From NCBI GenBank assembly GCA_038134595.1, contig JAYPVM010000001.1:4526-68525 (forward strand): a DNA stretch of 64,000 nt. The letters run 5' to 3'. Under the pieces are notes generated by a model. It ran no database searches, was not told the origin of the DNA, and saw only the letters and a list, made by a program, of their open reading frames with translations. This DNA is from Pseudomonadota bacterium. GTDB lineage: Bacteria > Bdellovibrionota_C > UBA2361 > OMII01. A program made the translations under genes and the position numbers. Below, piece by piece: positions 19,837-29,302 of the stretch. The first letter of the stretch is position 1, and the number at the start of each line of letters is the position of its first letter.

Positions 19837-21048
19837 CTACGAATTACCAAAAATTCGCCTCAATGCGAAGAATCTTGCCACTAAACTAGGCTCTAATCCG
19901 AAAGAATGAGAGAGCTGCAGCACCTGTGTTACATTTTCTCGCACTTTATTGCGCGTCATCGCCTTCGCTTCGACCACCTTTGCCTTGTTCTTGAGGTTCT
20001 CTTCGTTGGAAACTTCAGAGGTCATTTCAACAAAAGCGGCGATGATACCGCCAGAATTTACGATAAAGTCTGGAAGCACCAGAACTCCCCTCTCATGCAG
20101 AATGCTACGAGTTGGCGGCTTACACGGACTATTCGCTCCCTCAACGACCATACGAGCCCTTACAGATGAAACAGTATCCATAGTAATGACATCTTGTACC
20201 GCCGCAGGAAACAAAACATCCACATCCTGAGCCAAAACAGCCTCTAATGCCAACTGCTCTCCTTCATCCTGAGCTAACGCTCTAGCTCGCTCTACGTCAT
20301 GGCTGGCTATCGCGCTACATAACTCTTTACTCGCTCCCTCTGAAAATATCCAGCATCCCCCTAAGGAAGGATCAGCTATCGATTTGAGAACTCCACCAGC
20401 CTCACTAAAAAAACGTACAATAGCCGCTCCCATCGCTCCAGCACCCTGAACAGCAAACGTTGCCCCGTGCGCCGAGACTCCCTTGGATTCAAGTCCGCAT
20501 ACGGCCGCCTCACTCACTCCGTATCCAGCGATTCCTTCCCGGTCGTAATCGGTTCCACCGAGCTCAATTGATTTTCCGGTAAAACACCGATACGAATTCA
20601 GTTCATCGCAAACCCATTCGGCGTGCTGGGGCTTCACACCAATATCAAAACCAAATCCACCCCAAATACCACCCCGCTCCACGAGGAGCGGACTTACAAG
20701 TTGCGCATATCTTCGAAGGCGTGTTTCAAAACCTTCTGACCTGGGATTATCGCAAAGGCCAGACTTTGCTCCTCCAATCGGCAATCCAGCCGCTGCGTTC
20801 TTGAGCGCCATAATACGAGCAAGCATTTTGATTTCATCAAGCGAAGTTGCAGGTGTGATTCGAGTGCCACCTTTACCGAAGGGGGCAAGACTCCCTGTAT
20901 TTTCACGCGGTGTATTCCAAACGACCACAAATCCCTCAACCCCTAGCCGTGGGTCACGCACCGTGATTTCCAGCTCGGGTGCGAGATTATTAAAAGACCG
21001 CTCAAGCTCTTCAAGTTCCTGTTTAAATTGTGCTTCTGAAATATTCAT
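19837..21048 (-). CDS. Glu/Leu/Phe/Val-family amino-acid dehydrogenase (glutamate dehydrogenase-like)
   Basis: Contains GVEGFVVVWN...FGKGGTRI, LPIGGAKSG and a Rossmann motif (GAGAMG), all characteristic of the GDH family. Confidence 0.8.
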   Translation of the reverse strand: MNISEAQFKQELEELERSFNNLAPELEITVRDPRLGVEGFVVVWNTPRENTGSLAPFGKGGTRITPATSLDEIKMLARIMALKNAAAGLPIGGAKSGLCDNPRSEGFETRLRRYAQLVSPLLVERGGIWGGFGFDIGVKPQHAEWVCDELNSYRCFTGKSIELGGTDYDREGIAGYGVSEAAVCGLESKGVSAHGATFAVQGAGAMGAAIVRFFSEAGGVLKSIADPSLGGCWIFSEGASKELCSAIASHDVERARALAQDEGEQLALEAVLAQDVDVLFPAAVQDVITMDTVSSVRARMVVEGANSPCKPPTRSILHERGVLVLPDFIVNSGGIIAAFVEMTSEVSNEENLKNKAKVVEAKAMTRNKVRENVTQVLQLSHSFGLEPSLVARFFALRRIFGNS

Positions 21049-21696
21049 CGAGTAGCCTCTTATCCTTCATTCTATCACGGTCACTTCATTCCCCTCTAGC
21101 GGTAAATTAGCTAAAGAGTCTCTCGCTCAGGAGACCTTTGAAAAAAGTTATTGCGAAAACAATTTTTTGTTTAATAAGAATTTGTTGCATGCTATTCTGA
21201 CAAATACTGCAAACGAGGCTAATCTCATTTGCATCAAGAGATAAACCCATATGAATCAGGAAGTACACAACAGAATAGCTCATTGCTCCGTCAAGCATAC
21301 GGTTATGTATAGCAGCATGACATGTGCAAACGACTATGCGGTAGCGAGTGCCTTCCTACGCGCCTCCGCAGCTAAGGGGTATACCACTCCCGCTGGGACA
21401 ACCCCCAAAACCTACGCACCAAAACAATCTCATATGGGTAGAAGTATTAGTTTTTCTCTGTAAGTCATTCGCCGAGGATGTAGCCTCGAACAAATTTAAA
21501 TTCACTTAAAAATAGTAACGCTCTCTCTAGAAAGCGGATGAAAACTATTTTGCTGAGACCAAGGCGGCTTCACTGCCATTCTCTTGCTCAACTCTCCTTT
21601 CTCCTCCCGTTTCGCTGCACCGTCGGCGGATGAAATACGCAAAGGTTTACATATTAGTACGGCATGAGGTCCTAGTGCTTAGGACTCTTCATAACC

Positions 21697-22902
21697 GTGC
21701 GCAACAAGGGGTTTACGATGAATAGTAAAATGTTTAGACGAAATCGGATCATTATGCTTGCACTAACAGTTGCTCGCTTTTCGATGGCGGCGGGTCTACC
21801 GTCGATTACAGAGCTCTGGGCATCAAACGGCTTGAGTCGCGGAGATTTTTATCTCTTAGAGATACTCTTTGCGCTCTCTTTGCTTGTGCTCGAAATTCTG
21901 ACCGGTAGGTTAGCCGATCGATTCGGAATCGTGCACACGCTCCGGCTCGGCTTCCTGGCTATTCTGCTGGGGACTAGCGGTTACGTATTCGCCGGTTCCT
22001 TCAGAGATTTTTTGATAGCTGAGATCTTCCTTGCTCTTGGCTTAGCATTAACCTCTGGAACAGACGAAGCGTGCATGTACCAATCGAGCAAGGCGATTAA
22101 AGAGACTGATTCTCATCAATCGTGGTGGCTTGCCAACACGTCGGTAGGATTTGTCTCGATGGCACTTCTCTCGATTGCAGGTGGCTTTTTAGCAGTGCAA
22201 GGGAGTGCGGCTCCTTTCGAGTTTGCTGCGATTCTTGTCTTGCTAGGGCTCCTTCTCTCCCTCGGGTTGGTGGAGCCTCCAAAAGATAGAACTATTGTCG
22301 CAACAGAAAGGGCGCAACTCCTTCGGGCAATCTCCGCAGTGCTGGTAGATTGTCCAAACGTGCGATGGATGTGCTTTGCTCCAGCGCTCATCATGACGCT
22401 TAACCAAACGTTTCTCTGGATATATCCGGAGATGCTAAAGGGGTGCGGGCTGTCGATGGATGAAAGCGGCTGGGCATTTGCTCTCTTTAATGTAGTGGCG
22501 GGTCTATCAGCACTGCATGCATGGAGAAGCAAGAGAGCACGCGCGTCGGAGACAGCAGTCTTGTTCTTTCTCGGCATTGCACTGGCATGCAGTATATTCG
22601 GACTACTTACCTTTGAGGGGAGACTACTATGGCTTTTCATAGTACCTCAACAGGTGGTGCGTTCCATTGCTGGACCGCTCTTTAGTCAACGGATAAACGA
22701 TGGCATTCCAGATGATGTTCGAGCCACAGCGTTAAGCATACGAAACGCTGTGCGAGTAGCCATCTATGTGTCTGTCATGATTCCGTGGTGGCTCTGGATA
22801 GATGCCTTAGGGCTACGAGGAATGTTCCTCGTTAACTTAAGTATTCTGGTTTTGGGGCTAACTGTCCTGTGGAAAACATCTCCTAAGCGGCAGTCAGCCT
22901 AG
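21697..22902 (+). CDS. MFS-type transporter
   Basis: About 12 TM helices and a GRLADRFG-type MFS signature between TM2 and TM3. Confidence 0.65.
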   Translation: MRNKGFTMNSKMFRRNRIIMLALTVARFSMAAGLPSITELWASNGLSRGDFYLLEILFALSLLVLEILTGRLADRFGIVHTLRLGFLAILLGTSGYVFAGSFRDFLIAEIFLALGLALTSGTDEACMYQSSKAIKETDSHQSWWLANTSVGFVSMALLSIAGGFLAVQGSAAPFEFAAILVLLGLLLSLGLVEPPKDRTIVATERAQLLRAISAVLVDCPNVRWMCFAPALIMTLNQTFLWIYPEMLKGCGLSMDESGWAFALFNVVAGLSALHAWRSKRARASETAVLFFLGIALACSIFGLLTFEGRLLWLFIVPQQVVRSIAGPLFSQRINDGIPDDVRATALSIRNAVRVAIYVSVMIPWWLWIDALGLRGMFLVNLSILVLGLTVLWKTSPKRQSA

Positions 22903-23025
22903 AAGGTTTTTAAATCTTTCTGGCACAGAGGGTGATAAACCCTCTGTGCTTTTTTTCTTTATGTACCCCACGACCTTGCACATAACCTATAGCTTTAGCG
23001 CTCAATACATGGTCTGGTACGACTT

Positions 23026-23562
23026 ATGGCACACATCTTATTTATCACAGGCAACCTTTTACTAGCCGCATACTTCTTCTACACCATTTTGGCCATCTGG
23101 CGAGGGGCGCCTCCTATTCCTACACTCAAGCGTACTCGGCAAACCATGCTTAAACTTGCCGAGATACAACCGGGTAATCTTGTAGTCGATCTCGGTTCTG
23201 GCGACGGTCGGATGCTTATCGCGGCCGCTCGCGCAGGTGCTACTGCAATCGGCTATGAACTAAATCCTTTTTTATATTGGTTCTCAAAAGCACGGGTAAA
23301 AATTCTCGGGCTTTCAGGCCGGATAACAATACACAGAGAAAATCTTTTTACTGCGCCGTTTGAAGAAGTAGACGTAATCACTGCCTACCTAGGCCCCAAA
23401 CTAATGAACCAACTTGAGCCTATTGTAAAAGAGCGAATGAAGCATGGGAGTAGGTTTATTGCAAATACCTTTCCATTTCCTAATCTCATCGCTAAAAAAC
23501 AGAGTGGAAAAGTGTATCAATACATACTTGAACAAACAGAATCACCGCAAGCACAGCGCTAA
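23026..23562 (+). CDS. Small class I SAM-dependent methyltransferase with an N-terminal TM helix
   Basis: Motif I (VVDLGSGDGRML) and motif II (ATAIGYELN). Confidence 0.55.
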   Translation: MAHILFITGNLLLAAYFFYTILAIWRGAPPIPTLKRTRQTMLKLAEIQPGNLVVDLGSGDGRMLIAAARAGATAIGYELNPFLYWFSKARVKILGLSGRITIHRENLFTAPFEEVDVITAYLGPKLMNQLEPIVKERMKHGSRFIANTFPFPNLIAKKQSGKVYQYILEQTESPQAQR

Positions 23563-23573
23563 AATCGACAGCT

Positions 23574-25283
23574 TTAGCGCTCTTTTTTACCGTATTTCCT
23601 TAGGATTTCTTCGGCTTTAGAACGCAACTCTGTGACGTCATGAAACTGTCGCTCCAATGCCTCTGCAAGGACAAACAAAACATCTCCGTATAGCTTACAC
23701 TCAGTACTATTATTTTCTTCGAGCCATGTTCTAGAGCACTCAAGCTCCTCAACCGCGCCATCGATCTGGTCGTCAGCTAGTAGCGCACACCCTAAATGAA
23801 ATCGCAATGTAACTTCAGAGAATGGGCGTGCTGACCGAAAATTGACACCATGCTCGCGTAGCGCTTCTCGCAGCTTCTCTATCTCTAACTTCATCTCGTC
23901 TTCTTCCGCCTCGGAGTTAAGTCGAAGACCTTTTATTCTGTCGAAAAACCCCTTCGCGTCATCATCAGGCAAATCTAATGCCAGCTGTTCCGCTTCCATG
24001 AGGCACTTTTGGTGTCGCGCTACATCACTGTGTTCTACAATACTGGCCATCATCAAGAGAAGAGAACAGCGAGCCTTGCGCTCATCATACCCATAGGAAT
24101 TTGATAGGTTTTTAAGCTCAGACTCGATCCGTTCTAAGGCGTTCTGCCGAGAATCTCCATCCTTCATCGCCATGGCCATGACACGGGTAGAAAATGCGTA
24201 CAAACCTTCAGCCCCTTTATCGGGAGCCTCCAAAAAACTACTTACATCCGCGTCAAAAGAGTCAAACCTCTCCGTCGCCATACAAAAATTAGTCATACTG
24301 GCAAGAGCAGTCTGGACTAACTCGGCCCTCTTTGATTCGTGTGCATAGGTGAGATTTATCCGATAAAAGCTCTCAGCCTCGTCGAATCGACCGTGGTAGA
24401 GAAGTGAATCTGCAATTACATCTCGAAGTTTGAAGGCGCCAGAATAGTGTACACCAGAGCACTCTTCGAGGTCATGAAGCACTCGCAAGCGAATACCGTG
24501 TGCAATATCAAACTCACCAGACTCATCGTACACATCCGCTTTAAACAGTTTGAGCTCGGCTTCTATCATGCTCACAACGTCTTGACTATCTCTCATATTT
24601 GAGAGTGCTTCAATAGCTACATCCGCTACCGCTTGTGCTCTACCACCGTCTCCTTGTTCACGCTCAAAAACCGCCTGATCGTGAAGATGCATCGCGATCT
24701 CAAGAAGTACAGACGTATCAACGCGCTGTAATGCCGCGCATGCTTGCACCATTTCGATATCCGCTAATTTCTGTTTTTGCTCTAGTTTGAAACAACGTGA
24801 TTTTAATACATGGGAAGCGACCAACTCGCCAGTTGTTGCGCCATAGGCTCTCTCTATCATGCTATCGATAGTGCTGTGTGCTTCGCTAAATTTACCCAAC
24901 ATCATTAACAATTCGGCTTTTTCTGAGCAAATTTCAAACGAATGTTGCTGGTGCAAGTCCGCGTAAATATCCATTGCTTCATTTACAACCTCAAGTGCCT
25001 CAGCCGTTGCTCCTGTTTTTCTCAGGATCTCAATGGCCAACTCTCTTACGAGCAAGCGTGATTCTTTTTGTTCTGACGTGAGCCAACGGGTAGTATCCGC
25101 AACCTCTCGAGCATTATCCAAGTAGCGCTGCGCGTGTCCCCATTTCAAATCGTCGGCACTCTGCATCGCTTGACTGCAGAAACTCTCAAAGCACTTCATC
25201 GATTCTCTAAGAGTTCGTTGTTCGGGGGGATTTTCTGGTGATTCGAAACTACTCATAATAGACAAAGTATACCTAAGTAGCAT
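23574..25283 (-). CDS. Hypothetical all-alpha (TPR-like) acidic protein, 569 aa
   Basis: Long ORF with helical-repeat character and no recognisable catalytic motif. The start could instead be the in-frame ATG 9 codons downstream. Confidence 0.45.
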   Translation of the reverse strand: MLLRYTLSIMSSFESPENPPEQRTLRESMKCFESFCSQAMQSADDLKWGHAQRYLDNAREVADTTRWLTSEQKESRLLVRELAIEILRKTGATAEALEVVNEAMDIYADLHQQHSFEICSEKAELLMMLGKFSEAHSTIDSMIERAYGATTGELVASHVLKSRCFKLEQKQKLADIEMVQACAALQRVDTSVLLEIAMHLHDQAVFEREQGDGGRAQAVADVAIEALSNMRDSQDVVSMIEAELKLFKADVYDESGEFDIAHGIRLRVLHDLEECSGVHYSGAFKLRDVIADSLLYHGRFDEAESFYRINLTYAHESKRAELVQTALASMTNFCMATERFDSFDADVSSFLEAPDKGAEGLYAFSTRVMAMAMKDGDSRQNALERIESELKNLSNSYGYDERKARCSLLLMMASIVEHSDVARHQKCLMEAEQLALDLPDDDAKGFFDRIKGLRLNSEAEEDEMKLEIEKLREALREHGVNFRSARPFSEVTLRFHLGCALLADDQIDGAVEELECSRTWLEENNSTECKLYGDVLFVLAEALERQFHDVTELRSKAEEILRKYGKKER

Positions 25284-25420
25284 CCCATAATACAGCTTGC
25301 TAGGTGCCGCTTACTTGTCCTGATGTGCTCGTATTGGGTATTTTCAACGACAAACAGGTCGATTTAGGGGGCGGAAAACCTGTGCGCATTTCGCTCTCAG
25401 TGGGGATGTTCCTACCGGCT

Positions 25421-25924
25421 TTATCTTTCCGCGGCCATCGACAGAAATTCTTGAGATTCCATAAACAAAGTTCCACGCTCAGTTAATTCATACGACCAAC
25501 ACCCCGCTTCATCGCGAGAAGCCTCTATCAGACCAACATCTTTAAGAGCCTCAAGCTTTCGCCGTGATTCTGTCAGGTAATCCTCTCGTGATTCCTGCTG
25601 AGGCCAAGCGAGACCTTGTGCTAAATCATGCAATGCAATCGGGTCGTTTGGGCACCTCTCCTTTAGGAATAAGAGAACCCTCACCGACCGCTCCGCTCGC
25701 TCCGTCGTCATGGAGAGCCAATCTACAAGTCGTTTGTTAGTTACAAGCTCCTGTTGACCACCTGCGGTTCGAGCCCTCTGTGCAGAGTCAATTACACCTC
25801 GAAGTTTTTTTTCTGCCTCTCTGAGCGCGTTCAACTGAGCACCACTAAATTGAGCGCAATTCAAACTAGCAACTTTCTCTGTGAAAGCTTTAATTGCATC
25901 AACACACGTATCCCTTCTGTTCAC
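25421..25924 (-). CDS. Hypothetical protein with a possible C-terminal winged-helix domain
   Basis: 167-aa ORF. The C-terminal segment LAQGLAW...DVGLIEASRD...YELTERG looks like a winged helix-turn-helix. It is divergent from phhA and could be its regulator. Confidence 0.35.
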   Translation of the reverse strand: MNRRDTCVDAIKAFTEKVASLNCAQFSGAQLNALREAEKKLRGVIDSAQRARTAGGQQELVTNKRLVDWLSMTTERAERSVRVLLFLKERCPNDPIALHDLAQGLAWPQQESREDYLTESRRKLEALKDVGLIEASRDEAGCWSYELTERGTLFMESQEFLSMAAER

Positions 25925-26195
25925 AGCAAGTGCTCCTTTGCTAAGGTATTACTTTTTTCCCGATATGAGACAACTCACAACAGTCGTCCTTTTATCCGAA
26001 TGCATAGTACGTTCTTCAGACACAAACTTCATCAAAAAACTCTTGGAGAGGCAGTAAAAACTCGTGCGACTATCTTTGTTATCAGTCCACAGTAGCAGGC
26101 GATTTAAACATCGAATCAATTGGTTATACTGCTTTTTGTCATACTTTCATCTAGATGTGCTCATATAAAATATATAGAACGTGGGTATCGGAATT

Positions 26196-26204
26196 TGGTA
26201 TACT
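26196..26204 (+). promoter_or_regulatory. Candidate extended -10 promoter element (TGGTATACT) for phhA
   Basis: TGnTATACT lies about 30 bp upstream of the phhA start, and an AGGTGA ribosome-binding site follows. A similar GTTATACT occurs about 70 bp further upstream. Confidence 0.3.
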
Positions 26205-26233
26205 AGCGATATCAACTAGGTGAGACACACTCT

Positions 26234-27118
26234 ATGGACGACACAAAGAGTCACGCAGTCCTCGATGCGAAAACATTAGAGGAATGTATCATCGAACAAA
26301 ACTGGGGAGCGTACACCTCTGAAGACCACAAAACGTGGGAGACGCTCTTTAATAGGCAGATGGAAACACTGCGTGGATACGTGTGCTCTGAATATTTTAC
26401 AGGGATAAAAACACTAGGTCTTATTCCAGAAAAGCTCCCAGATTTTGAGAAGATGAACCGAAATCTTCGCGCCGCAACAGGCTGGGAGGTCTTAGCAGTT
26501 CCGGGGCTTATAAGTTCACGCCCATTTTTTACCATGCTTGCCAACAAGCAATTTCCAGCAGGTACTTTTATACGCACTCCTGAGCAACTCGACTACCTCG
26601 AGGAACCTGACATATTTCATGACGTGTTTGGACACGTTCCACTTCTTAGTCACACCCCATACGCTGCATACATGCAGGCATACGGCGAAGCGGGACTAAA
26701 GGCAATGGACCACAAGGGAGTAAAGTTTCTTGCTCGGCTTAACTGGTATACCATCGAATTTGGTCTTGTAAAGGATGGCAATGAGATTAAATCGTACGGA
26801 GCTGGAATCATGTCTAGCTTCGGAGAAGCCCAGTACGTGCGAAATGACCCTTCTGCAAATTTCTTGCAATTCGATCTGGAGCGAGTATTACGCACCGGCT
26901 ACTATATTGACGATTTACAAGCGAGCTACTTTACTATTGATAGTTTTGATGCTCTCTTTGAAGAATGTATCGCTCGACCTTTCATCCCACTCTATGAATC
27001 GTGTAGAGCACTTCCACAACTCTCGCCGTTTGAAATTATAGAATCAGATGCTGTACTGCGAGAGGGAACCGGCGAATACTGGAAAGAGTTTCCTGAAACC
27101 AAATCAAAGTTAAAATAA
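26234..27118 (+). CDS. phhA: Phenylalanine 4-monooxygenase (aromatic amino-acid hydroxylase)
   Basis: Hallmark iron-binding region EPDIFHDVFGHVPLL, and overall collinear with bacterial PhhA. Confidence 0.9.
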   Translation: MDDTKSHAVLDAKTLEECIIEQNWGAYTSEDHKTWETLFNRQMETLRGYVCSEYFTGIKTLGLIPEKLPDFEKMNRNLRAATGWEVLAVPGLISSRPFFTMLANKQFPAGTFIRTPEQLDYLEEPDIFHDVFGHVPLLSHTPYAAYMQAYGEAGLKAMDHKGVKFLARLNWYTIEFGLVKDGNEIKSYGAGIMSSFGEAQYVRNDPSANFLQFDLERVLRTGYYIDDLQASYFTIDSFDALFEECIARPFIPLYESCRALPQLSPFEIIESDAVLREGTGEYWKEFPETKSKLK

Positions 27119-27136
27119 GCACATCAAAGGATATCT

Positions 27137-27484
27137 ATGTCTTTACGCAACAAACATTGCTCTCCATGTCCGCCTGGCACTGCCCCACTCTCCACAGAGG
27201 AACAAGCAACACTAGGAGAGCAGATACCAACGTGGAAAAACTGTGACGGGCTTAGAATACAACGTGAATATAAATTTAAGACTTATATGGATGCCATTAA
27301 GTGGCTTCAAGAGGGTGCGCAAATCGCCGATAACGAGGATCATCACCCCGACATACACGTTTTTTATAAGCGAATCGTTATTGAGCTATGGACACACACC
27401 GTAAATGGATTAAGCGAAAATGATTATATTCTCGCCGCAAAACTAGACGCATCCTTTAATGACTATCCGGGTAGCAAATCCTAG
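27137..27484 (+). CDS. phhB: Pterin-4a-carbinolamine dehydratase
   Basis: PCD/DCoH signature (EDHHPDIHV). Immediately downstream of phhA. Confidence 0.85.
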   Translation: MSLRNKHCSPCPPGTAPLSTEEQATLGEQIPTWKNCDGLRIQREYKFKTYMDAIKWLQEGAQIADNEDHHPDIHVFYKRIVIELWTHTVNGLSENDYILAAKLDASFNDYPGSKS

Positions 27485-27755
27485 ACTCCGATAGTCGCGT
27501 TTAATTAGCACCAGCGATTTTAATGGTGCCCTTCTCTTGACCAAAAATTCACCGAGCCTTATAGTTTCCGACATGTCTCGGCAATTACAATCTTCAACAA
27601 GCGCTTCTCTTTGCTGCATCGGCCAGGCATCGATGTCTATTATTATCGCGATTTAATTGGAGATTTAAGCCTTTTTTAGTGGCTATCTCCCAGAACCCCA
27701 GACCCCTACCTTCGTAATAATATAGTACACTTTTTCTTTTTTGCTTTTTCTCCCG

Positions 27756-29264
27756 ATGTTTAGTACCGCAACCATACAAACCGATTCGCACTTTAAAGAA
27801 CAAGCTCGCTCTCTACCGTTAGCTGAGAGCCTCGCAGACCTCTCCGAAGAGCTCCTCCCTATTATGGAAAAATGCGGGCTAGCAATGTCTTTTGGCCCGC
27901 TCAACCCTGGAGGGGTATGTATTGCTGACGCTACTTGTAATCCCACAAATGCGTATAAAGCCCGAGGAGCTCTAGCAAGTGCATTTGCCGCTCAAAACCA
28001 AGGGGCACAAACAGTTTGGACCGCCTCTGCCGGAAATCATGGAGCTGGTCTGGCGTATGCCGCAGAACGACTAGGACTTAACGCACTTATATACGTTCCA
28101 ACGACCGCACCTCAAACAAAGGTGGATAAGATTACTGCCTTTGGTGCCGCTGTGGTTCGAACAGGTAGCGACTTTGACTCGTGTCTTGCGCTTGCGCAGG
28201 CAAGCCAACGCAGTACTGAAAGTGCATCCGTATTTGTGCATCCTTTTGATGAGCACACTGTTGTTGCTGGGCAAGGAACTATCGGTTTTGAGATAATTCG
28301 ACACGTAGCCAAACTCGCATCTAGTCGTGACTTTGATACGGTGCGTGTTTTCGTTCCAATCGGTGGAGGAGGCCTAGCCGCAGGGATAGCGAGTGTACTT
28401 AAGACGAGATGGCCTGCTTTTTTACCAAAACCTGAGATTATAGGTGTAGCAGACGAGAGTTCCCCATCTTCTGTTGTTGGCGCTCTTTTTGGCCGGCCCG
28501 TGCGGGCTCTTTCTGACACGATTGCCGATGGAATCCGCGTGGCACAGGTGGGCAAGACGTTCGCTTCGATTACTCCCCTGCTCGATAATATTATTCTTAT
28601 TCCACACGACGAAATAGTCGCGACTATGCAAGAGATGCAACACCTACACGGTCGCGCACTGGAGCCAGCGGGTGCCCTAGCAATCGCCGGTGAGCGGTTT
28701 GTAAGAAGGCATTCATTACTTCCAGAAGTTTCTAGTACTCTTTCAATACCAGTGATCTCAGGAAGCAATGTGGACTTGGATATCTTTTCGGAAACGCTCT
28801 CAGCGCCCCGAAGAATCAACCCAACCTCCCATCAGCGATGTGCGTTCGATATACTCCTCAAAGAGCGTGACGGCGAACTTCTATCGCTCTTACGAACCGT
28901 TTGTGACTTTAACATTGCAAGTCTGACATACAAGCAACATCCGCATGTATCAGCAAATACTCTCCGAATTGAATTCGAGGTGCTTCGGGGATCTATCACC
29001 GAATTAGAGCGCATCCTAGTTAACGCTTTTCCAGGCTCCGAACGCCTACGAGATGGCATGCAAGTAGCATTCTCTGTGGGTGTTCCGGTAGCTCAAGACT
29101 TCAAGGATGAACTTGTAACACTAACTGACCGTCCCGGGGCCTTTTTGGAATACCTACTCGATTTACATACTCAAGGTGAATTGGGATCCATTGGCTTTCT
29201 ATTCTATAGAAAGCCCGCTACGGAAGGGGCATTGTCTCAGATAGTACTTGGAAGACGTCCATAA
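27756..29264 (+). CDS. Threonine/serine dehydratase-family PLP enzyme with C-terminal regulatory domains (IlvA-like)
   Basis: PLP-Lys region NPTNAYKARGA, SAGNHGAGLAYAAERLG and a glycine-rich loop (GGGGLAAG). The roughly 500-aa length with a C-terminal extension resembles biosynthetic threonine ammonia-lyase. The ORF-track start at 27741 is TTG; I prefer the ATG at 27756. Confidence 0.7.
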   Translation: MFSTATIQTDSHFKEQARSLPLAESLADLSEELLPIMEKCGLAMSFGPLNPGGVCIADATCNPTNAYKARGALASAFAAQNQGAQTVWTASAGNHGAGLAYAAERLGLNALIYVPTTAPQTKVDKITAFGAAVVRTGSDFDSCLALAQASQRSTESASVFVHPFDEHTVVAGQGTIGFEIIRHVAKLASSRDFDTVRVFVPIGGGGLAAGIASVLKTRWPAFLPKPEIIGVADESSPSSVVGALFGRPVRALSDTIADGIRVAQVGKTFASITPLLDNIILIPHDEIVATMQEMQHLHGRALEPAGALAIAGERFVRRHSLLPEVSSTLSIPVISGSNVDLDIFSETLSAPRRINPTSHQRCAFDILLKERDGELLSLLRTVCDFNIASLTYKQHPHVSANTLRIEFEVLRGSITELERILVNAFPGSERLRDGMQVAFSVGVPVAQDFKDELVTLTDRPGAFLEYLLDLHTQGELGSIGFLFYRKPATEGALSQIVLGRRP

Positions 29265-29302
29265 CGAGGCAAGCTATCCCGCAGCCACATACTAGCCCAG
29301 CA

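Noticed and set aside
28112-28819. Long antisense ORFs nested inside confident genes. Examples: 28112..28819 within the dehydratase, 40679..41185 within the biotin carboxylase, 22116..22640 within the MFS gene, 56176..56634 within the DUF1688-candidate gene, 14181..14471 and 11502..11900.
   Set aside because: Each lies wholly within a gene that has strong motif support on the other strand. None has an RBS or a recognisable motif. They are typical open frames produced by codon bias.
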